Below are positions 35,999 through 49,782 of a DNA stretch of 52,372 bases, piece by piece. Below the pieces are notes generated by a model that made no database searches, was not told where the DNA came from, and saw only the letters and a program-made list of their open reading frames with translations. A program made the position numbers and the translations under genes. The first letter of the stretch is position 1. Each line of letters starts with the position of its first letter. Origin of the DNA: Atractiella rhizophila. Taxonomy: Eukaryota. The stretch spans positions 62,001 through 114,372 of the forward strand of contig MU271261.1 in NCBI GenBank assembly GCA_021432655.1, read 5' to 3'.

Positions 35999-38867
35999 AT
36001 GTCAAGATCCACTCCAAACGCGCTTCACAATCTGCACCACAACCAACAGCTCACTCGAACTGGCTACACGCCATCGAATCCGCCACCCAAGCACCCGCCA
36101 TCCCCAAACATGAACCCTCCTTCAAAGCACTCCCTCCAGACGTCCGCCATCCAACCTTCTCCTAAAATCCCTCGAAATAGAGACGCGGCTGCTTTCACGA
36201 CTCCTCCTCTCTCACGAGCCAGCAGCTTCTCTTTAGATCTTAGATATGGCCCTAATGGATCTCCCATCCACGATCCTTCTAAAGCTTTCTTCAATCCGCG
36301 GGAGGGCATCAACATGTCTCCTTCTGTCCCTTCTTCCGTTTCTGGCAGCTCCCTCTGTGGAAGTCCTGCAAGTCGTCCTTCCTCAACTACGGCCTCTCCG
36401 GCGATCTCTCGGATTGAAGCGTTTAAAACAAGCGGTTTGTCCTGCGAACTCTTGAGGCTGGACAGCACAGCGTCGATTCCAATTTTGATGGACATTGACC
36501 GCGAAGGATTTGGAGTTGGATTGGGATTACAAGAGGAATTCATTTTCGGAGCTAGTGGAGATGAAAGGAGATGTACCGAAGATGAACGATTTGGTAAGTC
36601 TTCGACTCTCGTATCCTGGATTGCCATTTTGTCTAAGCACACCCCATCTCAGGAGTCTCGTCAGGTCGAAACCGTCTTCCTTCCTCACAAAGCAACGATT
36701 CTTTACTCTCTCGACTTGCGCCATCTACCTCTTATGAATCGTTACATATTCCCTCTCGTCGACGACTTTCCGATGCGAGCACCGATACTTTTGGCGTGAT
36801 GCGAGGAGGAGCGACACGAACTATAACGCGGCTATCGGATGTTTTTGAGCTAGACGAAAACCGCTCCTTTTCTCGCCTGGATCTGTATCCCAACCAAGAG
36901 CTGGATCCAACGAATCCATTGGCGCCAGATAACGCTTCAGTCGCTTCTGCCTTCACCGTCTCTGCCTATTTTAACGACGCCGCCGGGTCTCTTCCTAAAA
37001 TCAAGGAAAGCGCTTATCAACTCGATCCGGGAGATGTGTCCGTCGACACCTTGCGAGGTGATCAGCCGAGTAACTTAGAAACTCCTTTGCCCAGAACACC
37101 AACCCCGGTCAAAGGGCAGGGTGGATTGAACGCTCGTGTACTTCTCGCCACTCCTCCGCGCTCCTCTTCAGCTGCGAACTACCTATGTCTAGATCCTGAT
37201 TGTATTGATGGACCTTCCACACCTCTGGCAGCGAAGACGAATAGTCGGCATCTTCAACTAACACGGCCGAGGACAGCCAACACTCTCGAAGCTGCTCGCG
37301 ACTTTACATCCACTTCTCATTCCAGGAAGTGCCCTGGCACTCTGACAGTCATCAAGCCCACGAACATAAAACGACCGAAGACAGCTGATGCGCATGTTGG
37401 AGCTCAGATGGGAAGGTCAGAAGGGTGGAGCAACAAGGAGAGTTCGTTTCTTGCTAGCGGTGTGGTGACGCCAAAGCGACCTCAAACGTCTTCTGATCAG
37501 CCCTTGACGACCTTACAATATCGCCAGAAATTCCCGCTAAAACTTGAATTACAGACTTCGAGCTCCTTGCTCAAGAACGGAATCTCTCACAAAACTCTGC
37601 TTTCTCCCGCTGCGGGATTGGCATCGCCAGTATCTCGAACTCCGTCTCCAGCTGGGGACCGTCGACGGATGCATTTCACCGTTAATGGGTTGGACTTCGA
37701 TGGAAGGCGAATCCCTCTGGCGCTCGAGTGCTACTGTATACGTCTTAGAATCGATCAAGAAGGTTTTCGTGAGATCAATCCGGTCATGAAGTTCACACGC
37801 TGGGACGCATCTTTGAACAAGCTCGAGTTCAAGTCCGACCAAGCCGCGTTCCCCTTCCATTCTACAGGTCAAAGCGCTCCAGTTTTAAGAAAGCTTCTCT
37901 CGGGTTCTGGAATTGAAGTTGGATATGATGCTGGGGAGGAGAAGGACTTTTTGAGTACTCAAGCGGCTTTGGGTGTGAAGGAGAATGGCGTTTGGGTGGT
38001 GGAAGGTGTCGAAAGCATCAACAAACAAAAGTATACGTGGAGTTTTGCATACGAGGTGAACGATAGGTTCAGTCTCATGGGGAAGTTGATGGTCAATGAA
38101 AAGGTAGGGTTCTCTCGCGGCTTCTGTACCTCTACTGATCTTGTCGCAGAGCTTTCGGCCTTTGGTCTTCTGTTGTGATCCTCAGATCCTTGAATTGTCA
38201 AATGCGAAGCCCGTGAGTTTGTTCGCTTCGACAGGCTACAAGTTGTTAATACTTCAAATAGTCCCGCCTCTTTCAATCCCTAAAGAAGTCGGTCCAGTCG
38301 AAGTTTGAAGCCGTACGCCTGGATTCGCCGATGTCGCGCAAGTTCGGAAATTTTGGGTCTTCCAAGGAGTCCTTGCGACCACTTTATCCTTCGCTCCCAG
38401 ATACTCCATCTTCTCAAGTGATGCCACCAGAGTATCAACTTCCTTCTCGTCCGAGAACTCCTCGCTCCCTCCCGCGCAACTCCCTCTCCTCATCCAACTC
38501 TTCATCTTCTGGGTCGAAGAAGGAATCTTTCGATAAAACAACTCCTACACTTCAATCGCTGATAATGCAGACTCCACCTCAAACTCCATCCCGCGGCGCA
38601 GCTGGATGGATTCGCCGGCCAGCAACAGCGGATTCTTCGAGGAGACGCTCCAGGACGTCGAGTGGACACCATTCCCTTAGCCTTGGAGCGATCACTGGTA
38701 GAAGAGGCCGCAGTGGGAGCGACGCGCTCGTGCCCATTCCTCCGTTGCCGTTCGAGAGTGGAACCCCTGTGAATTTTCTCGCACATCCTTCCGTGGGGCA
38801 AAGTCCCAATCACATCAAAGAGAAGAAGTCGAGGAGGTTTTCGAACAAGGCAAAAACAGATTTCTGA
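35999..38867 (+). CDS. Uncharacterised fungal protein, mostly low-complexity with one beta-rich globular segment
   Basis: An intron at ~36594-36652 joins ORFs 35999 and 36796 in frame. Globular part reads LRIDQEGFR..PVLRKL..DFLSTQAAL..NGVW..WSFAYEVNDR..EKSFRPLVFCCDP. Last exon ends at 38867. Confidence 0.75.
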
Positions 38868-39087
38868 TCCGACTTCTACATGAAGGTTTGAAGCATAGTC
38901 TTTTTCATCCAATCTCTCGTTCAGCACGCCACGCCTCACAAGTTGTTGTCCTAATTGGTTCTCTCTAGCCATTGGTAGACACCAGTTGGTATGTTTGAGT
39001 TTCTCACGGACAGTTCTTCAATGTTTTCAATATGCGTTTCGAGCCTCAATTTGGCGAATCGATGTCATTGTAGCGCACATATGTATT

Positions 39088-40100
39088 CTAGTTTTGCCAG
39101 TTCACAGATCGTCCTTCCATCTTTGGGACTGCCTCATCCCATGGTCCTCGAATTTCACTGTCGTTTCACCATAAATGTCCCTACCTTGATGAAGGAGTTT
39201 GAATGGACTCACTTTTTGTGCTTCATGACATTCATAAGACCAAGCGGGGCTCCAAAAGTCAAGCCGAAAAAAGACAGTAGATAAATCCACATTGACGATG
39301 ACGAAATTCTCCCCAGCATATACGTTGCAGCTAGCATGAGAGAAACTCCGAGTAAAATTTGTCCTTTTGCCTATGCCCCCATTGTCATCTATTCCTCTTT
39401 TCTCAAACCGAATTGAAGTCTTACAGGAAGCTCCCTTCTCCAACCAGGAAACAGACCAAACCAGACAACAGAAAAGAGCATAAACGCGAAAACCTGCTCA
39501 GCTGCTTCCAACCTGCTCGCTAGCACTGTTGATGCTGAAATCGCAGCGGATAACGAGAGCGGAGCTGGAAATTTGAGAGAAGGATGCTCCTTGATCTCCT
39601 TGATACTATTGGGGAGAGTGTAATTTGCCAAGACTGCGTTCGTTAGAAAGAGGATTGCAGCGAGCGCCCATATTGAATCAGAAGTGGTAGCCGCCGTAAG
39701 CGTTCGTAGTGCAGGAGATAAAAGGTAAAGCATCACGACGAGCAGAACGGGCGAGGGTGACAAGGGAGGAGCACGAAGTACCGAAGGCATACACACGAGG
39801 GATAGGAGCAAGAGGAGGTGTGTAGGTCGCAGGTATGCAGTGTACAGGTGGATAAATAAGCAGACGAAAATGATTATGCTGGAGAAGTGTTGGGTTACAG
39901 GTAATGTGGAGTAAATGAGTAAAGACAATGACGGCGCCTCGTAGTTTTCTATCCTGATTTTAGCGCCATTGTTTAGACAAAGGACGTAAGAATACCATTT
40001 CTATGCAGCTCATTTAGGAAGGGTAGCATCAGAAATAGTTGTCTGGATAGTCCTGCTTCTCCCAAAGAATCTTCTGCCAGGGCTTTCGTCTGGATTTCAT
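39088..40100 (-). CDS. GPI2: GPI-GlcNAc transferase subunit PIG-C/Gpi2, with an apparent frameshift in exon 1
   Basis: WQKILWEKQDYPDNY, LLSPALRTLTAATTSDSIWA, SLSAAISASTVLASRL, EIRGPWDEAVP. Confidence 0.93.
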
Positions 40101-40338
40101 TCCAGGATAAGCTCGAAACCTTGCGCCTCCTCGATGAGCAGCAGGTTTACCAAGGACTTTCGATAGGAGGAATGGTTCGCTTGACAAATTTGGGTGGATC
40201 GAGTGAGTGTTTGCTGGAGTGGCAACGAGTTCATTGGAATGCAGACACGTGATGGATCAAACGACACTTCTTTGTTTAGAATTTCTGTATTACCAATGAT
40301 CTAAAGGGTATACTTCTATTCATGCACAATATACAACA

Positions 40339-41772
40339 TCATAAGTCTGTCCTCTCGCCTCCACCATGCGCTACACGCCCAAAAGCCTCTTCTAGCCCTT
40401 AAAACAGGAAACATTAATGGAGACGACTCAGACAGGAAGAGAAAGCGTACGTGTTTTAAACTTGCCTTCCACTTTCTGAGGAAGGACAATAGAATACTCG
40501 ACAAAGAGGTCGCCATGTGATGCTGACGCGTGAGCCTCCATCGTATGATGAACTGGCATCCCTTCGCCGTGAACGATTTGGACAAAGCCTGGCTGTGTCA
40601 CTTCCGTGCGCCGAAGGAGAATTTCGTGGCCGTCTAGATGTGTGATATTTCTTGAAAACCCTAGTAACGCCTTGAAGACATCATCAGCCGAAGGTGAGGA
40701 CAGAGCAAAATCAGAAACCTACCTCATCCAAGCTTAAAGCTTCACGCCAATACAATCCAGTCTCTTTCCTCATGAAGCCACCGTCCATCTTCTTACTTCT
40801 CACCCTCACAACAACGTCTCCTGCATCCCAATCGGGATTCTCATCCGCCTCGCCTTCGAACACGACTTCCGATCCTTCCGGCAGACCACGGTCAACATTA
40901 AGGGTGAGCTTGTTGCTGGTTTGGACGAGGCGGTGCCCACGACAAACCGGGCAGAGATGTGAAATGGTCCTCCCACGACCTCCACACTTGTCGCATTGCA
41001 TCTGCATAGACTGAAATATGCCTGGACCAAGTTGGTGTCGAATCAATCGAACTCCTTTCCCGTCGCAATGAGGACAGGTCTTGATATCCGTAGGTTTCCG
41101 CGCTCCAGACCCGTCACATTGATGGCAGATCGTTTTGCGTGAGATTTCGAACTACAAGCAGACTATGTCAGCAAACTTTGCAGAAAAAGGGTAGGAAAGA
41201 GCCCACGTCTAGTGATTTTCCAGCATACATATCCTTCAAATCCACCTCAATATCGGCCACAACGCTTGGCCCAGTCCTTCTCTGAGGATGTCCGCCACCG
41301 CCAAATCCACCGCCACCAAAAAAGCGCGAGAACACGTCGAAGGGATCGTGGAAGCCGTGATGACCCCCGCCTTGTGAATGTTGCTTGAGGCCTTCCTCTC
41401 CATATTTGTCATATATTTGACGTTGTTCAGGATCGGAAAGGATTTCATAAGCTGTGTCAAAGCACTGTTAGACGCCACTGATGCAAAATGGACCCTACGT
41501 GCTCACCTTGAGAAACTTCGATGAACTTCTTCTCCGCTTCTTTATCATCTGGATTTTTGTCAGGGTGATACTTTCGAGACAGTTTCTTTATGTGCAAAGT
41601 ATATTAGCTGAATTGGTCAAGCTAAAGAAAGGCCACATACGCGGTAACGAGCCTTGATATCTTTCTCGTCAGCGGTCTTGGTGAGTCCCAGCACTTTGTA
41701 ATAATCGATGGCCAAGGCAAAAGACAGTGAAAATAGGAGGAGCAATGCTCGAAGGAGTGACGAGGCGGCCAT
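40339..41772 (-). CDS. SCJ1: ER-luminal type I DnaJ co-chaperone (Scj1-like)
   Basis: Signal peptide, J domain (DYYKVLG..HPDKN), G/F region, CxxCxGxG repeats, C-terminal RTDL*. Confidence 0.9.
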
Positions 41773-41844
41773 GATTGTTATGGTCTTCAACGTACAACAG
41801 ACTTTCGCGAAGAGGACACATCGGAGGGTTGAAGTACAGTTCAG

Positions 41845-41858
41845 AGTAGGGTTAGGGC
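41845..41858 (+). promoter_or_regulatory. Telo-box-like element in the SCJ1/RRS1 bidirectional promoter
   Basis: AGTAGGGTTAGGGC within the 141-bp interval between the two start codons. Confidence 0.5.
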
Positions 41859-41913
41859 GAGTGAGGAGCAAAAAATTTACAAGCAACGATCGGCATAGCG
41901 AGCAGCAATTATC

Positions 41914-43173
41914 ATGGCAGCAGAAGGAGAGGATCAGGTGTTGGCACTTGCGTCGAGTTCGGTTCCTTCGTAAGTATCTGTATTTTCAAAGTTTGTGAAA
42001 TGTGATGGTTTTGCAGGACTTCGAAGTTATCAACTCCGCACACCATTTCACTGCCATTGCTGGCCATTTTTGATCATTCAGAGGTGCATTTGCCATCGAC
42101 TGCTCAGGACCCCGTGTGAGTGGTTACACCGTACTGAATTCACTCACTGACTGGGAATTCTGGTCACAGTGCGTTTGAACAAGCTTTGCTCTCGAACTCG
42201 CAAACCATCGTGCAAGCACTCGTTGGATCTATCTTCTCCCGCCCCCTTGTCTCTTCTCTTTCCGCAAACTCGGGTGAAATTCCCACCGCCATCTCCAGTT
42301 TGAACAAAACCTCGCTCGAACCACTTGTCACTCTGCCCCCTGCGTCAGATTTGGAGTATGGTTTGATTCCTCGAGCAAAGCGGTTACCGTCTGCTAAACC
42401 ACTAACTAAGTGGGAGAAATTCGCGAAGAAGAAAGGCATTGGCGCGAAGAATAAGGGCAAAAAGGTGTGGGATGAAGAAAAGGGAGAATGGCGGGATCGT
42501 TGGGGTTATGGCAAGTGGAAGGGTGCTAGAGGAATGGGCGAGGACGGCAAGGGATTGGCGGACGATTGGGTGGTTGAAGTGAAAGGGAACGAAGGTTCGT
42601 GTTCTCCTATTTCGTGTTATTTGGTCCACAACGAAGAAGCAGATCCCTCGTACAATCCACGCGCTCAGTCAAAGAAAGAATCAAAGTTACGCAAAGGGAA
42701 GAACGAAAAGCAGCAATTGGCGAACATCGCTAGAGCTCAAGCTGAAACCAGTGGACCGACCCCTCAAGAAAAACGGAAGACGGAGCTGGAACGAAAAATT
42801 GGACAAGTATCCCGCTCCACGACTGCCATGGGAAAATTTGCGGAAGCAGGAGAAGTGGGACGAGCAAAGGGAGAGCGCCGCAAAGTAAGATTTCGCTTTT
42901 TCTTTAATCAGGTTGGATCTAATGTGGTGACAGTTCGAGCCAAATGTTACATCTGGAGGAGAGAAGGAAGAGCGGAATAAGCAACTGGAGATTTTGAACA
43001 AGCTTGGGAAGCCTGGTTCTGGGACGACATCGAAGAAACGGAAGGCAGAAGAGATGGGAGGTGCAGAGTTGAACGTGAGGAAGGCTATCAGGACTTTGAA
43101 TGGTGAGAGAAAAGCTGCGAAAGATGCGTCAGCAAAGACTGGTGGAGGGAAAAGGGGGAAGGGAAAACGTTGA
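41914..43173 (+). CDS. RRS1: Ribosome biogenesis regulatory protein Rrs1
   Basis: IPRAKRLPSAKPLTKWEKFAKKKGI..KKVWDEEKGEWRDRWGY, STTAMGKF, LNVRKAIR. Confidence 0.95.
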
Positions 43174-43645
43174 GTTTAGCGACACTTCCGTCAGAGTGCA
43201 ATCTTATTATGACTGTGTGACACTATTACATTGCAGCCCGCACAAAGTTTGGTTGGACTTTAGAAAAGACAAGCGAAGTAGATGACGATGCTTGACAAGG
43301 ATCAGCGCTCGTTACCAGGATTCTGGGACTATTCGCCACGTGCTATGTTGCTATGCGTACAACATTCAACAATCTGTCCTGTGCTTCCTCTCGCCTGATT
43401 TTCAAGCTCAACACCCGACCAAACCTCGCGCTGGTTCGACCATCAACCTCTGGCCTTCAGCCCAAAACTGCTCTTGAAGTAGTCCTTCACTCTTTTATCC
43501 AACTCCCCCCGAGCCATATACCCTTACCACCCTCCGCGAATCTCGTCGAAAAGACCCAGTATCTGGCCATTGATTGGCCCCTCATTTAGACGCAGAGCTC
43601 AGCTCCCGAGATTAGGCCTGGGCGTGTACGGCGACTTTTCAGGCA

Positions 43646-44868
43646 ATGAATCTTCGCCGTACCATCAATAACATTGGAACCCGATTCTTTTCAGTTTTCG
43701 CACTCGCTACTTGCTTGGGATGGGAGGGAGTGAGCGCTCAGAGCATCAATGGGCAGTTTTTCACTCCCGGCCTTGTCATCGTTGACGCTCCAGCGGCAGG
43801 GAATCCAACAACTGGTGCGTGTTCTCTCTGTGCATCAAAAAAAGGGCCGTGTTTGAGACTCGAAACAGTTGGTTCGACAATGCCAATTGCGATAGACATC
43901 AGCGGAGACGGCTTGCTCCCTTTTCCTCCCCCTTCCCCTATCGCTTCGAACGACCTTCCAACAGCCATTTTGTCCCTCGATTTGTACCTCGTCTCCTCCA
44001 AAAACAATGTCAATGTTACTGTCTCGGAAGGTACTGGCTTGTTGGAACAAGAAAGTGGAAGCACAGTCAAGCATCTGAATTACCGAGTGCCAGATTGTTT
44101 ACCTGCAGGAGATTATAATGTCTGTGTCCTTCAACTGAAGCAAGATTGGTCTTGACAGCGCTGACGTGTAGTTGACATTTTACGAAGTTGACCGCATCAA
44201 CCAGGAGACTTTTTTTGCCATTTGTGAGTTGTGTATCGTGGAAAATATTGTTGCTAACTTATTTATTTATAGACGCCATCCCAGTCTCCATCAATCGTCC
44301 ATCACAAGCGAATGGAACGAACTGCACAGGCACCGTCGAAGTTCGCCCCGCCGAAAAGCAGCCACAGGACGACAACCGAAGTCCTCAACAGCCATTCTCT
44401 GGTCCTGGTCAAACCAATTTCCCGATCTCAACATCCGGAGCTACAACGCAGGGCTACACTACGCTCACGTATGCCATAGCTTCTTCAGCCCTTGTGCTGC
44501 TCTTCGCTGAGTTCATTTTGTAGTACCGAAGTTCAATACATGACCACCATCTTTATCCCCACCACAACACAGTCGAGCGGCATTGAGATCGTAGTGAATG
44601 TCCCTCAACCAACTGTGATTATTTCAGAAGTCTGTATTCTGCAATTCGCTCGAGATACCGATTGGGCTGAGGCTTAACATTCCAGGTTACTGTTGCTGTT
44701 CCGACCAATTCAATGGGACAGATGACAAGTGATCCGGAGGATATGGTGAATCAAGGAGATTTCGGAGTACCTATTATCGACTCTGCTGCTCCATCACGGA
44801 CAATGGTTAGTTTGCTGCCCCCCTCTTTCTCTTTAGCTGTTGGTTTCTGCATGTGGTTCCTCCTATGA
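43646..44868 (+). CDS. Secreted, probably GPI-anchored protein of unknown function
   Basis: Signal-like N-terminus, Cys-containing beta domain (INGQFFTPGL..LLEQESGSTVKHLNY..PDCLPAGDYN), Thr-rich stalk, hydrophobic C-terminus. Confidence 0.75.
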
Positions 44869-45485
44869 AGTGTTGTACTCCGAGCAGCGATATATCGATC
44901 ACAAGTTCCTTGGTTGAGAAACATTAGATTGTACTCAAGGAACGGTAAGCAGCTGAGCAGAAAATAGTATGCAGAAGCTAGGCGAAAAGCCACTGCGCAA
45001 AACTGGCCACTTGTGCATTTGCAAACCTGCCTTTAGAGTTTACCCAAATCCTATCTAAATACTTCATATTCCGTCCGCTCCGCAGTAAACATTGATATAC
45101 AGTTTGCAGAATCATCACAACTTCCTTGCATGGAAGTCTAGATTGTAAGTTACTGCTTGAGCCATGCTCTCTGCCTAGAATTGGACATGAGACATATGTT
45201 TGCCGACAGTCGATACGACAAAACGGGTGAAAGCGTATGAAAGCGTGTCCCATGCAATCGTCCAAATTGTTCCCATGGCGGGACGATGTGATATTTCCCA
45301 TCATATGGTTCAGCCCCTTTTCATGGCGGGAGGCTTCCTCCAACTCTTCGCTTCGTGAACCACCCAAGACGACCATCAATCGTGCTACCTCTACCAGGCT
45401 GAGGCGTCAAGCCTGCCTTGTGATACACCTCATTCTTTGCCATCTTTACGCTATTCTATAACCTGCTTTTTCCACTCTATACATT

Positions 45486-48400
45486 ATGTCGAACACAGGT
45501 ATTCTCTTCCATCCAAGCCCTCACAGTGGGATGCACGGTTTGGGAATCAACTTCAATCCTTCTCCTTCTCCTCCAGAGCAAATTCTGCATACCGTTCCTC
45601 CCATGGTTGATCCTGCCCAGAAATGCGACTTCCTCCCACCACCGAATGATGGTGGCGCTGACGAACTACCGCCACATGGCTTCTCGATAGATTTTGATGG
45701 AACAAATGGAGGTTTCAGGCTAATCGTAGAGGACGTACAAGGAAACGACTTTCTCGATCCACTCGCGCCGCAATACGCTCACTTCCCTCCTTCTCCAACT
45801 GAATCCACCGAATCTGGTATCTCAGTTCCCATTTCTCTTCAATCATGTTCCGCCACCTCAGCGAGTTCCCTCCATCGAAGACGCGAGCAATTAGATGGCA
45901 TTCTGCGTCACACTCAGAGCCTCAATACTCTCTCCCAGTACTTGCCAGCGACCCAAATGGACCAACAAAGCATCTTGAACTACCTTGCTCAATCTTTTGG
46001 CGTGTCTCCATTTGAACAACAGCATCAGCTCCAGCAGCAGTCTCAGCTTCATCATTTTGGTGGGAATGCAGATCAACGGTTGCGTCCACTCGTCAAATCG
46101 GCACCGGCTGAGCGAACTGCCTTCCCTTCTAGCGCCTCATTGCACCTCCCACCTCTTCCAGCGGCGTCTGCATTGTCCCCTGCCTACTCTGATCATTGCA
46201 CTAATCGACGGCCGTCCCGTGTTCCTCCTTTGCTTCTCGATAGAGCAGCGAGTGCACAAAACGGTGTTCCCTTGGCGATAGCAAGAACGAGGAGTCGATC
46301 AGCGGAGGAGGCCAACGTCCGTCATATCTCTCATATACAACCCTTGCATGGAATCCCAGAAGCGACTAAGATGGAGGAGTTTGGGTCGTTTGATACTTCG
46401 AGGGATGCGATGAGGAGGTCTGACTGCGATGGAATGGGAGTGGGCATGAGGTTCAGCGTGACAACGGGGCAGAGGAATTCGCAGACCGGATCGAAGTTTT
46501 CAGAATTGTTTGCAGAGGATGAACACACAGAACCTTCTCCTCTGTCTCTCCCGCCTGGTCTAGTGCTTCCTCCCGGTCTAAACCTCAAGAACTTGCCCGC
46601 GAAAAGCCAATCAGTCCTTTCTCGTTCTGCGACCTCTCCGGATCTCCAACGCGGTGGCACCTTACTGTCTTCAGGAGCAAGATCGAGCAAAGAGCTTTCG
46701 CGTCTCCTCGTCGGCGGGAAACGGTCTAACATTGCGGCTGTCGTTGCTTCCACAGCTTCTGCTTCCTCCGTCTCCTCTTCTTCCCTCTATTCTACTTTAT
46801 CTAGTACCACCCCTTCTTCTTCAACTGCTCCATCCTCGCACCATCAGCATCAGACTCGACAAGTGAAGAATGAGGTCTATGCACCGCCGACTTTGGAACA
46901 AGCAAGGCCTAATCCTAGGGTCTCTGTAGATCTGATGCTCCAATCCGAGCTTGTGGTGGAAGGCGGAATCCTGAATGGGACGTTGCAGGTGAAAGTCAAC
47001 ACTTTGAAGAATGGGGAGAAAATCAAAGTTGGCTGTCTCAAAATCAGACTAGTGGGTTTCGAAGGTCCGTTTCTCATTAAATGCTGCCTTTGGACACAGG
47101 CTGAAGTGTGATTCTACAGAACTTCCTGCATTAAAGACGAGGAATGTCTTCTATCACCACTCCGCATCTGTCGAGGACAAGTTTTCTCCAGTAACTGCTC
47201 CTGCAGATGAAGAAGGCTATCGCATTGTTCCTCCTGGAACCTTTCGATTTCCGTTCGAGATCAGGCTTCCTCTGTCCAAAGGGGCGAAAGGGAGTTGGAA
47301 GGGAAAGCAAGGTGTAATTCGGTACATCGCTATTGGGTTCGTTTCATCTATTCAACTGTAACACGCAAATCTGGGGCTAATTTCCCAACAGGTCTATCAA
47401 GCTCAAAGCAGAAGATGGATCGGACAACGCTATTGCCCATTTCTACAGGGACGTGGACGTCTTACCTTATCTAAACCCTGCCCTTGTTCTTGCTCCTTCT
47501 TTCCAACCGATAACTTCCAAGATGGCGAAAACCCGTCTTCATGGGAGGAAGCGGTAATGTCGAACTTACCGCCAGCTTGCACAGGTCTACATGGGTTGCT
47601 GGTCAGAAGTGTTATGTGGAAGTGACGGTTGCGAATAACAGCACGAGAAAGGTCCGTGACACCCACTCAGCTGTGATTCATCCTCGTTTACCCGCTTGAT
47701 TCGGTTACAGATTAAGACTTTGACAATTGCAGTCATTCGAACCACCTCGATTTTCAATGCGAGAACAGCGGATGGGAGTAGCTCGATGGATCCAGCGAAT
47801 GACGCAGAGCTAGACTCGGTGAAGAAGAAAGTTGCAGAGAGCACTTTAGAGATGGGAAAGAAAGGTGCTAAGGGGAGCGTGACTGCAAAGGGAAGTTGGA
47901 TCGGAGTTGAGAAGGGAGAGAAAAGGGATTTCCTTCATTCTATCATGCTACCCGTACGTTGTGTTCCTCTCCCTAACGAAGATTGTCGAACGTTTAATGA
48001 CGAATGGTTTTTGGTGTGGACAGGCTGATGCTATTACGATGCCAAGGGGAAAGTACTTTGAGGTTAACTACAGCCTGAAAGTGACAGTGGGTGGATCGAT
48101 GACTTCTGAGGTCTCAACCGAATTTCCTATCCGCATCATCAACTTTGTCTCTCTCGATCCACCTCCTGGGCACATTGGCGAGATCCCTTCCAAACGACTC
48201 GGAGCGATTTCCCGATGTTGGAGCATCGATGACCTCGCAAATCGAACGGAAGATACCATGGAAGGAAAGCCCTCCCGAGATACCTTGCGCCTGTCAGACC
48301 TCAACGAAAACTTTCGCTCTAATAGGCTTCTCAACAAGTCCAGCAGAGTTACATTTTCGGAGGATAGTTTTCGGATGGAGGCGAGAGAGAGAAGGATGAG

Positions 48401-49475
48401 GCATCAAATGTCGTTGGACGTTATTGGGGCAGCTATGGCTGGTTCGGCAAGAAAAATGGCCTTCATTCCTTCTCCTGGCAGAGAATCATCCCAACAATCT
48501 CAGCTGGCTACACTTTCGCCTGTGGACTTAGAGGGTGCCTCCGAGGGAGAGGCGCCAGAGCTGTATGGAACAGAATTAGATTTTCTGCTTGGTGCGCCAG
48601 ATAGCGATGTCGACGATCGCGTACCTCTTTCTATTACTCCCAAACCGTACTCCTCTCCTGTCGGCCCTCTCAGTGCTCCTGCTAGCCCGACGATATTCAG
48701 AAGACCGGTCATTTCCAACAAGGATCTGGCCGCCGCTCTATCGAATATTCTCTCGGATGATGACATTACACCTCAGAAGACTCCAATAAGTAATGATGAA
48801 CATCGCCAGAGGGATCCAATGCGTTGCACTCCGAAGGACGACTTTCAACTAACTCAGACAACTCAGGAGGAAGACTCACAACAAGCAAAGTCCAGCTTGA
48901 CGCGTTCAAAGGCAATCGGGAGCGCTTTGAAGAAGAGGAAACTACATTCCCTTCCTCGCCAAATGTCGCTTCCAGTCTTCCCCACGGCTGAAGGAGAACG
49001 TAATACACCAATCAGGAGACACTATCTTGCTCCGGGACTGCGCGATTGTTCTCCTATGCCACAACTCTTGATGGATGAAGAACCTCCTCCGTTCGATTTA
49101 GAGGACGAATTGCTTTCATGCCTAGAAGAAGACTCCATGACGCGCGCTTCATCGCCTTCTATGTATTCCAACAGTGCGACTGCTGTCTCCACCATCTCAA
49201 GGTCTACAACTGTTCCAGAATCTCTTGCGTCTAGTTCTTCCAGGAAGAGCATGTTGCCTATTAGCTCATCGGTTAGAATGCGGATCGCCGCTCTGGAATC
49301 CAACGCGGCGAAATCGAAGGCCTCATCTCCTACTCCTTCTCGGGTCAGAAGCATTCGCAGCTCTGCATCCAGTTCGTCACTGGCGTCAGCTACAACCTCG
49401 TCGTCTTTTAGGGTGCCAAAGGTCGTCTCCAGAGGGCAAACAATCAAGAGGTACAATGCTCCGCTTTTACAGTGA
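45486..49475 (+). CDS. Arrestin-fold (alpha-arrestin-like) protein with long disordered termini
   Basis: RVSVDL..VEGG..G..KIRLVGFE, FPFEIRLP..KGAKGS..VIRYI, LHRSTWVAGQKCYVEVTVANN, YFEVNYSLKVTV..PIRIINFVSLDPPP. Confidence 0.8.
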
Positions 49476-49782
49476 TCGACGACGGATATCCCTCTCCTTC
49501 TATTTCAATCCTTACTTTCTTACTTTCCTTCACAATTGAACGTTGAGAAGCTGGGTCACGTCATATCCTGATTGGTTGCTGTCGTAGTATGTACTGATCG
49601 AAGGAAATGAAGTGCATGAAATGCTTCAAGTTAAATAGAAGAAAGGCGAAAGAATCTGCTCTGCTACCTAGTACAAGAAAGTGAAATATCAAGTGTCCTG
49701 ATCCCTTCCCAATATCTCCACATTCACTCAGCTTCACCAGAATTACAACGAATAAAAAGGATAATAATCACTGAATCACAGG

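Noticed and set aside
36796..36799. Overlapping stop/start of ORFs 35999 and 36796, resembling a programmed frameshift
   Set aside because: Explained by an ordinary intron at ~36594-36652.
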